Positions 9,875 to 19,056 of a stretch of 64,000 bases of DNA are shown here, in pieces; positions within the stretch are counted from its first letter, which is position 1, and every line of letters starts with the position of its first letter. Position numbers and translations under genes: made by a program. The notes beneath the pieces are model-generated. The model made no database searches, had not been told where the DNA came from, and saw only the letters and a list, made by a program, of their open reading frames with translations. This stretch comes from a virus, in the IMG/VR virus record IMGVR_UViG_3300034105_003474, positions 1 through 64,000 of that record; one strand, 5' to 3'.

Positions 9875-10513
9875 TCAACTTGCATACCCTCCCGCCTTAT
9901 GGTTGGAATCATTGTAGTCAAACATCGTCACAGCACTATATTTGACTCCAGATTTGACGGGTAGTGAAGCATGCGAGTAAATAAATGTTGATGGGAATAC
10001 ACAGATATCTCCGGCTTCTGGTTTGAATGTTATACCCAAATGATTGAACCAAAGTTCACCACCTTCATAGTCGTCGTTAAGATAGGCGGTGGTTGACACC
10101 GTGCATGTGTAAGAAAACCCGTGATCGGCATGAACATCAAAGTGTTCACCTATTCCATATTTCACAAAGTTCACTGCTTCCATGTATGTAATATTCATGT
10201 TGTAGAACTGCGAATAATGTTGCAGGGAAGAACCTACTGACATAACCACTTTCCCGTATGCGTCCCTTAGCCCATTATGTGAATTATCTAATGAAGTAAC
10301 AAAATCTACTGATAATTTACAATCCCAACAGTTTCTATAGTCCGGCATGTATAAGTTACGTCCGACTTTCGCTTGTTCCCATTTTATAAGCGGGTCTGGA
10401 TTAGCGTCTATGGATGAAGTGATCGTTTCTAAAACTTCAGCACAATCGGGTATCGCGTTTTTGTATACACGAACACCCATTTCTTCTACACCCAAATGAT
10501 AATAATCAAGCAT
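9875..10513 (-). CDS. 2OG-Fe(II) oxygenase (P4H-like)
   Basis: HADH, YLNDDYEGGEL, FPS...H...V..G.KY. Confidence 0.9.
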   Translation of the reverse strand: MLDYYHLGVEEMGVRVYKNAIPDCAEVLETITSSIDANPDPLIKWEQAKVGRNLYMPDYRNCWDCKLSVDFVTSLDNSHNGLRDAYGKVVMSVGSSLQHYSQFYNMNITYMEAVNFVKYGIGEHFDVHADHGFSYTCTVSTTAYLNDDYEGGELWFNHLGITFKPEAGDICVFPSTFIYSHASLPVKSGVKYSAVTMFDYNDSNHKAGGYAS

Positions 10514-11371
10514 TTATAACTCCTCTATCGGACCCTTTGACCATTTTGCTGTTTTGAATTCTTCATCTAACCGTTCTTTTTCCATTTCTCCCCATTTTTC
10601 TTTGCCATATTTGTTTTGATTTGCTAGCCATTCTTCACTGCCAGCATATTCGTATCCCCAAAACAATCTGATAAAAACTTTTTCACTAATTTTTGCCGCG
10701 TGAACACCATGATAATACGGTGGATGAGCGGGTAACACGAGAACATCTCCTGCTTTTGGTTTGTAAATAAAGTAATCAAAATCAACATCGTCTTTGGATG
10801 CTTGGAGGGATACTTCACCTCCTTCGTAATCGTCTTTTATTGGTTTATAAATGAAGTGATCAAAATCAACATCGTCTTTGAATACTTTGAAGGCTACTTC
10901 ACCTCCTTCGTAGTCGTCGTTCAGATACACCAAACATGTGACCCAATGCTTGTACCCCGGATTGTGTGTTTGCGCCATAATGAAATCCGTGTGGTAGGTC
11001 ATCGCTGTTTTTTGCGTTGGTTCTTTCGCGTCATGTATTAAAAGGTATGGGGTTCCGTGAGACCAGTTTGGGATAGTGACACCGTATTTTTCTACATATT
11101 GTTTTGTGCAATCGTAAAACAAATCAGATATTCGTTTAGCCAATGGATTTTTGAGACCACCAAACTTCTCATCCCATTGTTCTTGTGTAGGAAAGTTTTC
11201 TGTTTCAATCCATGAGTATTCAGTAAAAAATGTTTCTTTGCCAAGCGAATACCATGGTGTCCATGGGTTTACATATTCCATGTCCACGGTGATGGACTTC
11301 AAAAAATCTTGAGGATTTTCTAAAGCATTTTCAAAAACCATGACTTTGGGGTAAAGTTCTTTTGCTTCCAT
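10514..11371 (-). CDS. 2OG-Fe(II) oxygenase (P4H-like) with internal 28-aa duplication
   Basis: YHTD, YLNDDYEGGEV, YYHGV; DDYEGGEV occurs twice. Confidence 0.85.
   Translation of the reverse strand: MEAKELYPKVMVFENALENPQDFLKSITVDMEYVNPWTPWYSLGKETFFTEYSWIETENFPTQEQWDEKFGGLKNPLAKRISDLFYDCTKQYVEKYGVTIPNWSHGTPYLLIHDAKEPTQKTAMTYHTDFIMAQTHNPGYKHWVTCLVYLNDDYEGGEVAFKVFKDDVDFDHFIYKPIKDDYEGGEVSLQASKDDVDFDYFIYKPKAGDVLVLPAHPPYYHGVHAAKISEKVFIRLFWGYEYAGSEEWLANQNKYGKEKWGEMEKERLDEEFKTAKWSKGPIEEL
10757..10918. repeat. Tandem 84-bp-period duplication inside oxygenase gene
   Basis: Units start at 10757 and 10841; about 9 substitutions in 78 bp. Confidence 0.9.
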
Positions 11372-11372
11372 G

Positions 11373-12143
11373 TCACACTTCTTTGCTTGCCAAGGTGGGG
11401 CATATTAAGCATCGCTCATCATGTGGAAGAAGAAGACACGGAGCAAGGATGTCGTATAATTTGTTGGGAAGCATGTCGTAAACCATGTATTCAAAACTAT
11501 CAGTTGAATCGTATAAATTATTCATCCACCCTTCTGCTTTTATTCTGTTTTCCATAGATGGATACCCCATCCGTTTTATGAAATCTAAATTGCACCACCA
11601 GAAGTTGCCTGCGAAAAATCCGCGATAGCGCTTTATGTTGGGGTGTATGTCCTCGGGTGCTGATTCTTCGGGTTGTTTTACTTTTGGTTCTGGGGAACCT
11701 TTTAGAAAGAACAATCCTGTAGCGGAGAACCCCTTGGACAATAGATCCACGTTTTCTGTCCATCTTCCAATGAGATGTTCGCTCATTGTTCTTCTGTGGG
11801 AATCCCTTACCTTGGTTGGGTAGAACGCACCTTTTGTGTGTGCATAAAGCACATAACCATCGTTGCTTAAGGAAAACTCATATAATTTGTTTAGAGTTAC
11901 TTGCTCCCAGCCGTGATCACTAACTGCGCAAATCTCGTGATCTATACCTTTTGTTTTAAATATTGTTGAAATTTTGTCTGCACTAGTTTCGTCGCCCACA
12001 ACACCTATGTAGGTTTTGTTTAGTTTTGATGAAATACCAGATGACTGCAACATGTTGACATGCTCGTCAACTATTGGTCGCCAAATGTGCTCTTGATTTT
12101 CTTGGGCATACGCATGATAAAAATGCCATAATTTTATTTCCAT
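11373..12143 (-). CDS. Putative glycosyltransferase-like protein (HTKG / GNFWW family)
   Basis: E..TL, YVLYAHTKG, FFAGNFWW, E.W motifs; glycosyltransferase function is inference. Confidence 0.45.
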   Translation of the reverse strand: MEIKLWHFYHAYAQENQEHIWRPIVDEHVNMLQSSGISSKLNKTYIGVVGDETSADKISTIFKTKGIDHEICAVSDHGWEQVTLNKLYEFSLSNDGYVLYAHTKGAFYPTKVRDSHRRTMSEHLIGRWTENVDLLSKGFSATGLFFLKGSPEPKVKQPEESAPEDIHPNIKRYRGFFAGNFWWCNLDFIKRMGYPSMENRIKAEGWMNNLYDSTDSFEYMVYDMLPNKLYDILAPCLLLPHDERCLICPTLASKEV

Positions 12144-12158
12144 ACCGCGTACTGCTAA

Positions 12159-12776
12159 TCACGCAGTCTTTTCGTTCGCCTGTTTAACACAAATGACCTT
12201 CCAAAAAAACGGGATGGTATATCTTTCGCCAGAGGTCACCGTTTTTACGCCGTGTGAATAATTTATGTCACCGGGGAAAAATACAGCCATCCCTGCTTTG
12301 GGTTTTATTTGCAAAGATTGATTTGGAAAATAAAGTTCCCCACCACCAAACTCCGAACCATCGTTTATATAAATCACAGAGGCGATGTCTTGGTCTTGTT
12401 GAGAATTGGGGCGTCCGTCTTGTTCTTGTTTGTCAGCATGAACTGGTTGGGAATCTCCAACTACCCATTTACAGATAGATGACCCATTCGGGATTGCTTC
12501 AACGGGGAAAACTGATTGAATGCTGTTTTTCATTCGGGCAAATAAATCATCAAACAATGGGAGCATTGATTGGTCAATGTTTAAATGTATTTTATCTTTA
12601 TATCTAAAGTTTTCTTGATTGCCAGTCCAATTGGTAATAGACGCTACATAGTCGTTGAGATTTTTTACTTCGTCGGTTGTAGCGAAATTATCCACTATGT
12701 GGATATTTTTTGCATCATTACCCCAATAACTTGGTGGAACCAAATCTGGCAACGCCCTGCGTTCCACTATGTCCAT
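12159..12776 (-). CDS. 2OG-Fe(II) oxygenase (P4H-like)
   Basis: HADK, YIND...GGELYFP, FFPG...HGV..V..GERYT. Confidence 0.9.
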   Translation of the reverse strand: MDIVERRALPDLVPPSYWGNDAKNIHIVDNFATTDEVKNLNDYVASITNWTGNQENFRYKDKIHLNIDQSMLPLFDDLFARMKNSIQSVFPVEAIPNGSSICKWVVGDSQPVHADKQEQDGRPNSQQDQDIASVIYINDGSEFGGGELYFPNQSLQIKPKAGMAVFFPGDINYSHGVKTVTSGERYTIPFFWKVICVKQANEKTA

Positions 12777-12782
12777 AAATGG

Positions 12783-13010
12783 CTACCATTTACCGAGAGG
12801 GCATGTAGCAACTTTTAATTTGACTTTTAGTTTCATGAAACATCCGCACTCTTTGCATTGATGAGTGATGGGGAGCAATCTGTCGCAATCAAGACAAATG
12901 TCGTATCTAGTTTTCTCGTCTTCTATAGATACCCGTGCTGCTTCTTCGGCTAACAAATCCCAAGGTCGCGCTTCACCTAACTTCTTCTTATAATCTTTCC
13001 AAGCACTCAT
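12783..13010 (-). CDS. Small Cys-rich CPLGKW protein, copy 3
   Basis: Start at MSAWKD; ICLDC...CKECGCFMKLK...CPLGKW. Confidence 0.8.
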   Translation of the reverse strand: MSAWKDYKKKLGEARPWDLLAEEAARVSIEDEKTRYDICLDCDRLLPITHQCKECGCFMKLKVKLKVATCPLGKW

Positions 13011-13249
13011 GCTGGTGGACTGAAAACGCCGTCTAGATAAGTCCAACCAATATAATTCGGTCCGTCTTCTGGTGTGACCATTCGGTCTACGTCTTCTTGC
13101 GATACTTCAACGACTACAGGATTTGACCTTAACGCTGCGACGGCTTGTTCGGCGCGGTAATCGTAGCCATGCAACCAGCCAACTTCGCCATCAACGATGA
13201 ACGCAAAGACTGTTGGTTTGGGTGTTTCTTCTGTATCCATATCTGACAT
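13007..13249 (-). CDS. Hypothetical protein (GWTY.DG.F.PP end; fibre-assembly-like)
   Basis: AAGGAG RBS; follows Cys-rich gene. Confidence 0.55.
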   Translation of the reverse strand: MSDMDTEETPKPTVFAFIVDGEVGWLHGYDYRAEQAVAALRSNPVVVEVSQEDVDRMVTPEDGPNYIGWTYLDGVFSPPA

Positions 13250-13269
13250 TTTGTCTCCTTGATTTTATT

Positions 13270-13971
13270 TTAGCAACAAGAACTTGCAACAGTTGAATCT
13301 ACACAGAAACTACTACATGTACGGTAGCGGGTTGTGCCACATGCGTCAACACACGATTGCTGGCTGTAGGTGTAACAGTCCCTGTTCCACCTGCGGTTGC
13401 CAGACCAACATCCCGGACATCCCGAAGCACAGCCACAACAAACGGCTCCTCCACAGGCTGTAGAACCGGAAAGCGTCGCAGCGCCGCATGGTGGCGTACA
13501 GGTGGCGAAACAAGGAGGGAAAGAAGGCGGGAACGACGGTGGGAACGACGGTGGGAACGAAGGAGGGAAAGAAGGTGGGAAGGACGGTGGGAATGAAGGA
13601 GGGACAGGCGTGAAATCTGGTGGGAACGAAGGAGGGACAGGAAACGAAGGAGGGAAGGAAGGAGGGGCAGGGGCAACAGGTGTGACCGCAGTTGAAGCAC
13701 TAGAAACAGTAGTCACCCCATAACCGCTAATCGTAGTAACCGTAAAAGTATAAGCAGTACCATTACTCAAACCAGTAACAGTAATAGGCGAACTAGCCCC
13801 ACTCGCAGTAAAACCACCCGGTGAAGAAGTAGCCACAAAAGTTGCTACACCCTTACCATCGTAAACAGGCAAAGTAAACGAAACAGTTGCCTGACCGTTC
13901 CCCGCAGTAGCCGAAACAGACGTCGGCGGATCTACATACTTTCCTTGGCTAGAAGTATTGCCGGGGATCAT
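13270..13971 (-). CDS. Fibronectin-III protein with PPSF repeats and 16-Cys C-terminal domain
   Basis: PTSVSATAGNGQATVSF...VTGLSNGTAYTFTV FN3 signature; (PPSF)x10; Cys-rich tail. Confidence 0.75.
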   Translation of the reverse strand: MIPGNTSSQGKYVDPPTSVSATAGNGQATVSFTLPVYDGKGVATFVATSSPGGFTASGASSPITVTGLSNGTAYTFTVTTISGYGVTTVSSASTAVTPVAPAPPSFPPSFPVPPSFPPDFTPVPPSFPPSFPPSFPPSFPPSFPPSFPPSFPPCFATCTPPCGAATLSGSTACGGAVCCGCASGCPGCWSGNRRWNRDCYTYSQQSCVDACGTTRYRTCSSFCVDSTVASSCC

Positions 13972-14834
13972 GAAGCACTCAAGTCACCCATCAACATCCA
14001 AGTGTTCGCCGCGGCGCACTTCAGCAAAGTTGCCGATGAATATTGTGCACGTAAGAAAGCGCCCGGAGTTGAATAAAGTATTACCGACCCCGAGGCACCA
14101 ACAATTTGCGTCTTGCCTGTTCCGTATTGAATAATATGAATTTGTGCTCCTTCGGGGAAGGTAACTGTTGAGTCAAGAGGGACGGTGACAGTATTCGCCG
14201 TGCTTGTTATGTTCATTTTAATGAACTTATTTTTGTCTGTTAAGACGAGCGTGTAGTTTGCTGTTTTGATGTCAATAGTTGCATCGGCTAATTTCCCTAG
14301 TGCTATCGCCGCATTGCTCTTAATGTCGGCATCAATGATTGAATCGTTGGCAATCATCGTGCTGGTTATGGTTCCCGTGTCTGCCAAGGTGACTGCGGTA
14401 CCAGAAATCTTTGTTTTATCTATCGCGGCTGAAGCATTAATGTCAGCGTTGACAATAGAAGTGGCAAGATTCAACTTGCTGTAGGCAATCGCAGCAGAAG
14501 CATTAATGTCAATGTTCAGGATGGTTCCGTCAAGAATTTTTGTTGAGGTTACAGCACCGTCAGCAAGTTTGCCTGTAGTTACTTCTAGGTCGTCTATCTG
14601 TGCACCGATTTCTGTCCATTGATTATCGTTGCCGTAAAGGTAAAGTTTGTTGTCAGAAAACAGGTAACAGACTCTCCCTGGGCTTAGCGAAGGTTCGCCA
14701 ATACCACCAAAAGCCTCATCACGAGCAGCGCTGTCTGTGAAGTAGGTGACAACCTGATCCATTAAATAGTCGTTTATTTGCGAAGCCAATAACTGGCTAC
14801 CAGCAGTAAATAACCGAACTCCCGCACCTGCCAT
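13968..14834 (-). CDS. Tail fibre-like/virion protein
   Basis: VTT.KLADGAVTS.KI shaft repeats; YTLVL.D...FP.G.QI..Q.G.G C-domain resembling a segment of 4201..5352. Confidence 0.65.
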   Translation of the reverse strand: MAGAGVRLFTAGSQLLASQINDYLMDQVVTYFTDSAARDEAFGGIGEPSLSPGRVCYLFSDNKLYLYGNDNQWTEIGAQIDDLEVTTGKLADGAVTSTKILDGTILNIDINASAAIAYSKLNLATSIVNADINASAAIDKTKISGTAVTLADTGTITSTMIANDSIIDADIKSNAAIALGKLADATIDIKTANYTLVLTDKNKFIKMNITSTANTVTVPLDSTVTFPEGAQIHIIQYGTGKTQIVGASGSVILYSTPGAFLRAQYSSATLLKCAAANTWMLMGDLSAS

Positions 14835-14938
14835 ATGACCTCATCACAATTTTGTGTTTAGCGTTGTTGAATTATACATCAAAATGGGTTTATTTTAATG
14901 TGACTGCAATGTTGTAAAATTATCGTCGGGGTTCTTCA

Positions 14939-17900
14939 TTGCTTCAACGGTCTAATTTGTCATTTCGGCGCGTGTCAGCGCTCATTGTCTCAGTAGTTCT
15001 GCTCGCCCTTTTTGTCCCTTTGCCCGATACGGCACAGGCTGCTTCTTTCCCTGATGCAGGTTTTGAGGATGGAACTTTCACAGGCTGGTCAAAAGGATCC
15101 CAAACGGGAACATTGGGTAGCACCATCACTGGCAACGGTAGTGGCGTAACCATATTTACTGGTTCTCGGACTTTCACTCACGGTTCTAGGGGTGCTGTTG
15201 GAAGTCCGTCTAGCCCGTATTACGCCTCAGCAGTTGCTTCTGGCAGTTGGACATTCTCCCCTAATAACGGAACAAACGCTGTTCTTCTTCAACCCAAAAG
15301 TGAACAGACTTTTGACCAAGCGGCAAGTGCTTTGAGCCTTTCGGCTGGCTCGGTAACAGAAATTAAAAACATGCTTACATCGCAGGCGCAAGCATCAGGC
15401 AACGGTCAAGGTACACCGACAGACGCAGCATGGATTACTCGTGAGGTAGAACTGACGGCAGGCACGACCTACACAATGGCGTGGAACTATGTCGGAACTG
15501 ACTATGTACCCTTCAACGACGGCTCCATAACTTCACTTGTCCCCGTGACTGTTACTGGCACTCCAGTAGTAACGGTAAACAACTATGTCAAGCAATACGC
15601 ACTTCTTGGATTCACCAATCCCGGCACTGGCGACTACTCAACGAATTCTTATGGCTCTACGGGTTGGCAAACTTCAACATATCAAGTCTCTATAAGCGGT
15701 ACTTATAAACTTGGTTTTGCTTCGTTTAACCTTGATGATTCAGGTTTACCTCCAGCGCTGATGGTTGATAGCGAGGCTGGTTCAACGAACCGTTGCATTT
15801 CAAACAATTGCGCATCATTTGGCGGAGTTGCGTCAAATAGTGAGACTGCCCCAACGGTTCCCCCTACAACTACAACTACAACTACAACTACTGTTGCCCA
15901 AACTACTACTACGAGCACTACGAGCACTACGGTTCCTCAGACAACCACCACGAGCACTACGACTACTACAAGTACCACCACCACTACTACTATTCCCGCT
16001 TCAACATCGCTTGAAGTTACAAGTCTCTTGGATGATGGTTCAAGCGGAACTCTTCGCTGGGCAATCAATCAAGCCAACGCAAATGCTGGTGGGATTTACG
16101 ATGCCATTGACATCACCACAGAAGGGACAATCACCCTTACTTCCGACTTGCCCAATATTACGGCTGGTGTAACAATCACTGGCACGGGAATGACTACGAC
16201 GATTATTGATGGCAATAATTTGTGGCGGGCAATTTACAACAATGGCTCAAGAACAATTGTTATTGAAGACATGACATTCAAGCAAGGTAAAAATGTGTCA
16301 TGGAACGGTGGTCTGATTTACAACGCCTCTGGAACAATGACGTTCAATCGTATAAAGATTTCCAATCATTCATCTTGGGCTTTCTACCAAGGCGGCGGTG
16401 GAGTTACCACATTCAATGATTCCCAATTCACCAATAATGGTTATGCAATTACCTCTGACCACGGCGGAACACCTACAGCCCTGAGCCTTACGGATACTGA
16501 TTACTCAAATCGCATTTATGTCAATGGCTCTACATTTACATCAAATACTTATGGCATTCGTACCGAGCGCTTTGTCAAAATAAATAACAGTCAGTTCACA
16601 GGCAACACACAGTTTGGTGCATACCTAGGAGGGCTCAACCGTCAGCAAGTTCTGAATTCAACATTTACTTCAAACGGTGTTGGCGTGTATTTCTCTTCAT
16701 GGATTCCAACAAGTTGGGCGGTTGGCGCTGGCAACCAAACGGTTTCAGGTAACACATTCAATGGCAACACCACCGCTATCCAGTTTGCAAACAATTGGAA
16801 TAACGGTTCTTCTGTGTACAACGGAGTAAGTGCGAACTCGTTCTCCACAGCCAGTGGAAACACATTTGGCACTACTGCGCAAAACACAAACAATTTCTCG
16901 GGCTCTGGATATGTGGAGTCCAATAACACAATCACTGCGGCTTATCTGAATCCAGTCACAAACTTGACGGCTGTGGCAAACGCAGACGGAAGTGTTGACC
17001 TTGATTGGGATGCATCGGCGGCAAGCAATTGCGTCATCTACGGTTACTCAGTTAGTTTCTACGACCTCACCGTAATCGGTGGAGCACAATCAGGTGGTTG
17101 GGGGGTTTGGACTAATCAAGGAACCAACTACTCGTTAAGCACAGAAATGTTCTCTGGTAGTAATCCTGTCACGACTGGATACGGACCAGTTCGCTTTGGT
17201 ATCAAAGCAATGACGGCTGGGTGTGCCGGAGTTGGAACTGGTAGTTGCACTTATGGTCCTGAAGTAACTGTTGATGCAACCGTTCTTGACCCGACAACTA
17301 CTTCATCTACTACTACAACTACGACCAGTACGACCGTCGTTCCTGTCGTCGTGACTCCCCCAGACGGTACAACAGTGCCACTCCCGCAATACCCAGAGCC
17401 TGAAACAGAATCCACAACGGTGTCGCTTCCCGTAGAAACAGGAACTGGAATTGAATTGCCAACAGAGACAATTCCAGAATATTCAGAACCAATTGAAACA
17501 GATCCAATAGAACTTGGACCAGTTGAAACAGAACCCGAAACGGTAGTAATAATAATTCCACCAGATGATTATACCGTCACAGACATAGAAGACAACGAGC
17601 CAATCACGACAGTCATATTAGACAATATTCTTGAAAATACTTTCACTACCGATATTGAGGCTGACGAGGTTGGTGCTGTTCTTGACACTCTCCTTGGCGC
17701 TGAACTTACCAACACTCAGTTTGACAATGTTCTAGAAGCCGTCTTTACCGAAGATGTTTCGGCAGATGTATTCACCGAAGCACTGACAACGATGCTAGAC
17801 GCAGACATCACCAGCGCACAGTTGACGGCAGTTTTGGATTCAGCGTTCTCAGAAGATACTTCTGCTGAGAATATGGTGTCGGCTTTGGTGTCAATCTTTG

Positions 17901-18994
17901 ATGGTCCGCTTAGTTCTGGCGACCTGAACACAGTTATGGCAGCCGTATTTGACGAGGATATATCGGTTGCGGACACTATGACGGTTCTTGGGGACTTGCT
18001 TGAGACAAACCTGAGCATGTCAGAAACAGAAGCAATCTTTGACAGCGTGTTTGACAGTGACCTCTCGGATGCAGAAACCATTGACCTCATCGTTGATGTG
18101 TTGGAGGACGAACTCACCTCAGAGTTGTTGAACACTGTTCTTGGTGCGGTCTTTGACGAAGAAGTAAGCGACGAGGTTTTGATTGAAACCTTCACCGCTG
18201 TCTTGGGCAATGAACTAGACGCCGAGTCTGTTGGTGTCATCGTGGATGTTCTTGAGTCAGATTCAATTACAAATGATCAGGTTTCACAAGTGGTTGATTT
18301 GATCGTCAACCAAGATGGGGGTGTCTCTGGTGAACAAGCGACGGAATTGGCAACGAGCCCCAAGGTGCTTGAAAGCATTGACGGTGAGCAAGCAACGGAA
18401 GTGTTTGCCGCAATCGTTGTTGCCGAGGTCTCGGAAGAAGCGGGTGCTCAAATTGCCGAGGCACTTGCGGACGCGGGAACAGATGTAAAAGAATCTTTTG
18501 AAGAAGAGATCAATGTGTTCGCGGGCGTGTTTGACACCTATGTCGCTTTGGGTTCAAATATTGATGTTGGCGATCGCAGAACGGTTATTGCTGTTGGGGC
18601 TGCTGTAGCCATAGTTGGCGCAGTTGCGGCTGTTGGAGGCTCTGGTGGCGGTTCTGGTGGTAGTTCTGGTGGCGGTGGTTCACCTAGTTCAGGGAACAAT
18701 GTCACTCGTAAGCCTGAAGAAGAAGAGATGAATGGCGAAATCGCGGGCGATGGCGTGGAGTGGATCAAACAACTTTCTGTTTTCAGGTATAATAATGGTG
18801 TTAAAATTTTAGATTGGGGTCTTTTTATGAAAAAGTTTATTTTAGGATTCATCAACCTTGGTTTCACGATTTCGGGATCCTTGGTTGTTTATCTCACATT
18901 GTCAGGCGACATCCAAACCATTGCTGGCGTGTCTTCGGTTTTGGCTTTGGCTGGAGCCCTTTACTTGCACATGAAAGAACCTGACAACAATTAA
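14939..18994 (+). CDS. Large secreted, membrane-anchored surface protein (signal peptide, Thr linkers, beta-helix, FN3-like, acidic 17-aa repeats, C-terminal TMs)
   Basis: AQA-A signal; GTLRWAI..AN; NS.FT.N repeats; acidic helical repeats; hydrophobic C-terminal segments. Confidence 0.7.
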   Translation: MLQRSNLSFRRVSALIVSVVLLALFVPLPDTAQAASFPDAGFEDGTFTGWSKGSQTGTLGSTITGNGSGVTIFTGSRTFTHGSRGAVGSPSSPYYASAVASGSWTFSPNNGTNAVLLQPKSEQTFDQAASALSLSAGSVTEIKNMLTSQAQASGNGQGTPTDAAWITREVELTAGTTYTMAWNYVGTDYVPFNDGSITSLVPVTVTGTPVVTVNNYVKQYALLGFTNPGTGDYSTNSYGSTGWQTSTYQVSISGTYKLGFASFNLDDSGLPPALMVDSEAGSTNRCISNNCASFGGVASNSETAPTVPPTTTTTTTTTVAQTTTTSTTSTTVPQTTTTSTTTTTSTTTTTTIPASTSLEVTSLLDDGSSGTLRWAINQANANAGGIYDAIDITTEGTITLTSDLPNITAGVTITGTGMTTTIIDGNNLWRAIYNNGSRTIVIEDMTFKQGKNVSWNGGLIYNASGTMTFNRIKISNHSSWAFYQGGGGVTTFNDSQFTNNGYAITSDHGGTPTALSLTDTDYSNRIYVNGSTFTSNTYGIRTERFVKINNSQFTGNTQFGAYLGGLNRQQVLNSTFTSNGVGVYFSSWIPTSWAVGAGNQTVSGNTFNGNTTAIQFANNWNNGSSVYNGVSANSFSTASGNTFGTTAQNTNNFSGSGYVESNNTITAAYLNPVTNLTAVANADGSVDLDWDASAASNCVIYGYSVSFYDLTVIGGAQSGGWGVWTNQGTNYSLSTEMFSGSNPVTTGYGPVRFGIKAMTAGCAGVGTGSCTYGPEVTVDATVLDPTTTSSTTTTTTSTTVVPVVVTPPDGTTVPLPQYPEPETESTTVSLPVETGTGIELPTETIPEYSEPIETDPIELGPVETEPETVVIIIPPDDYTVTDIEDNEPITTVILDNILENTFTTDIEADEVGAVLDTLLGAELTNTQFDNVLEAVFTEDVSADVFTEALTTMLDADITSAQLTAVLDSAFSEDTSAENMVSALVSIFDGPLSSGDLNTVMAAVFDEDISVADTMTVLGDLLETNLSMSETEAIFDSVFDSDLSDAETIDLIVDVLEDELTSELLNTVLGAVFDEEVSDEVLIETFTAVLGNELDAESVGVIVDVLESDSITNDQVSQVVDLIVNQDGGVSGEQATELATSPKVLESIDGEQATEVFAAIVVAEVSEEAGAQIAEALADAGTDVKESFEEEINVFAGVFDTYVALGSNIDVGDRRTVIAVGAAVAIVGAVAAVGGSGGGSGGSSGGGGSPSSGNNVTRKPEEEEMNGEIAGDGVEWIKQLSVFRYNNGVKILDWGLFMKKFILGFINLGFTISGSLVVYLTLSGDIQTIAGVSSVLALAGALYLHMKEPDNN

Positions 18995-19056
18995 TGTAAT
19001 ATATATTATGGTGTACAATATTTAAGTTCTTCACCATAAGATATAAAGGATTTCCA

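Noticed and set aside
2789-10918. Diversity-generating retroelement suggested by Mtd_N domains and the 84-bp repeat
   Set aside because: Mtd_N is only an anchor domain; no RT in the window; repeat differences run in both directions rather than being adenine-specific from one template, and lie in an oxygenase
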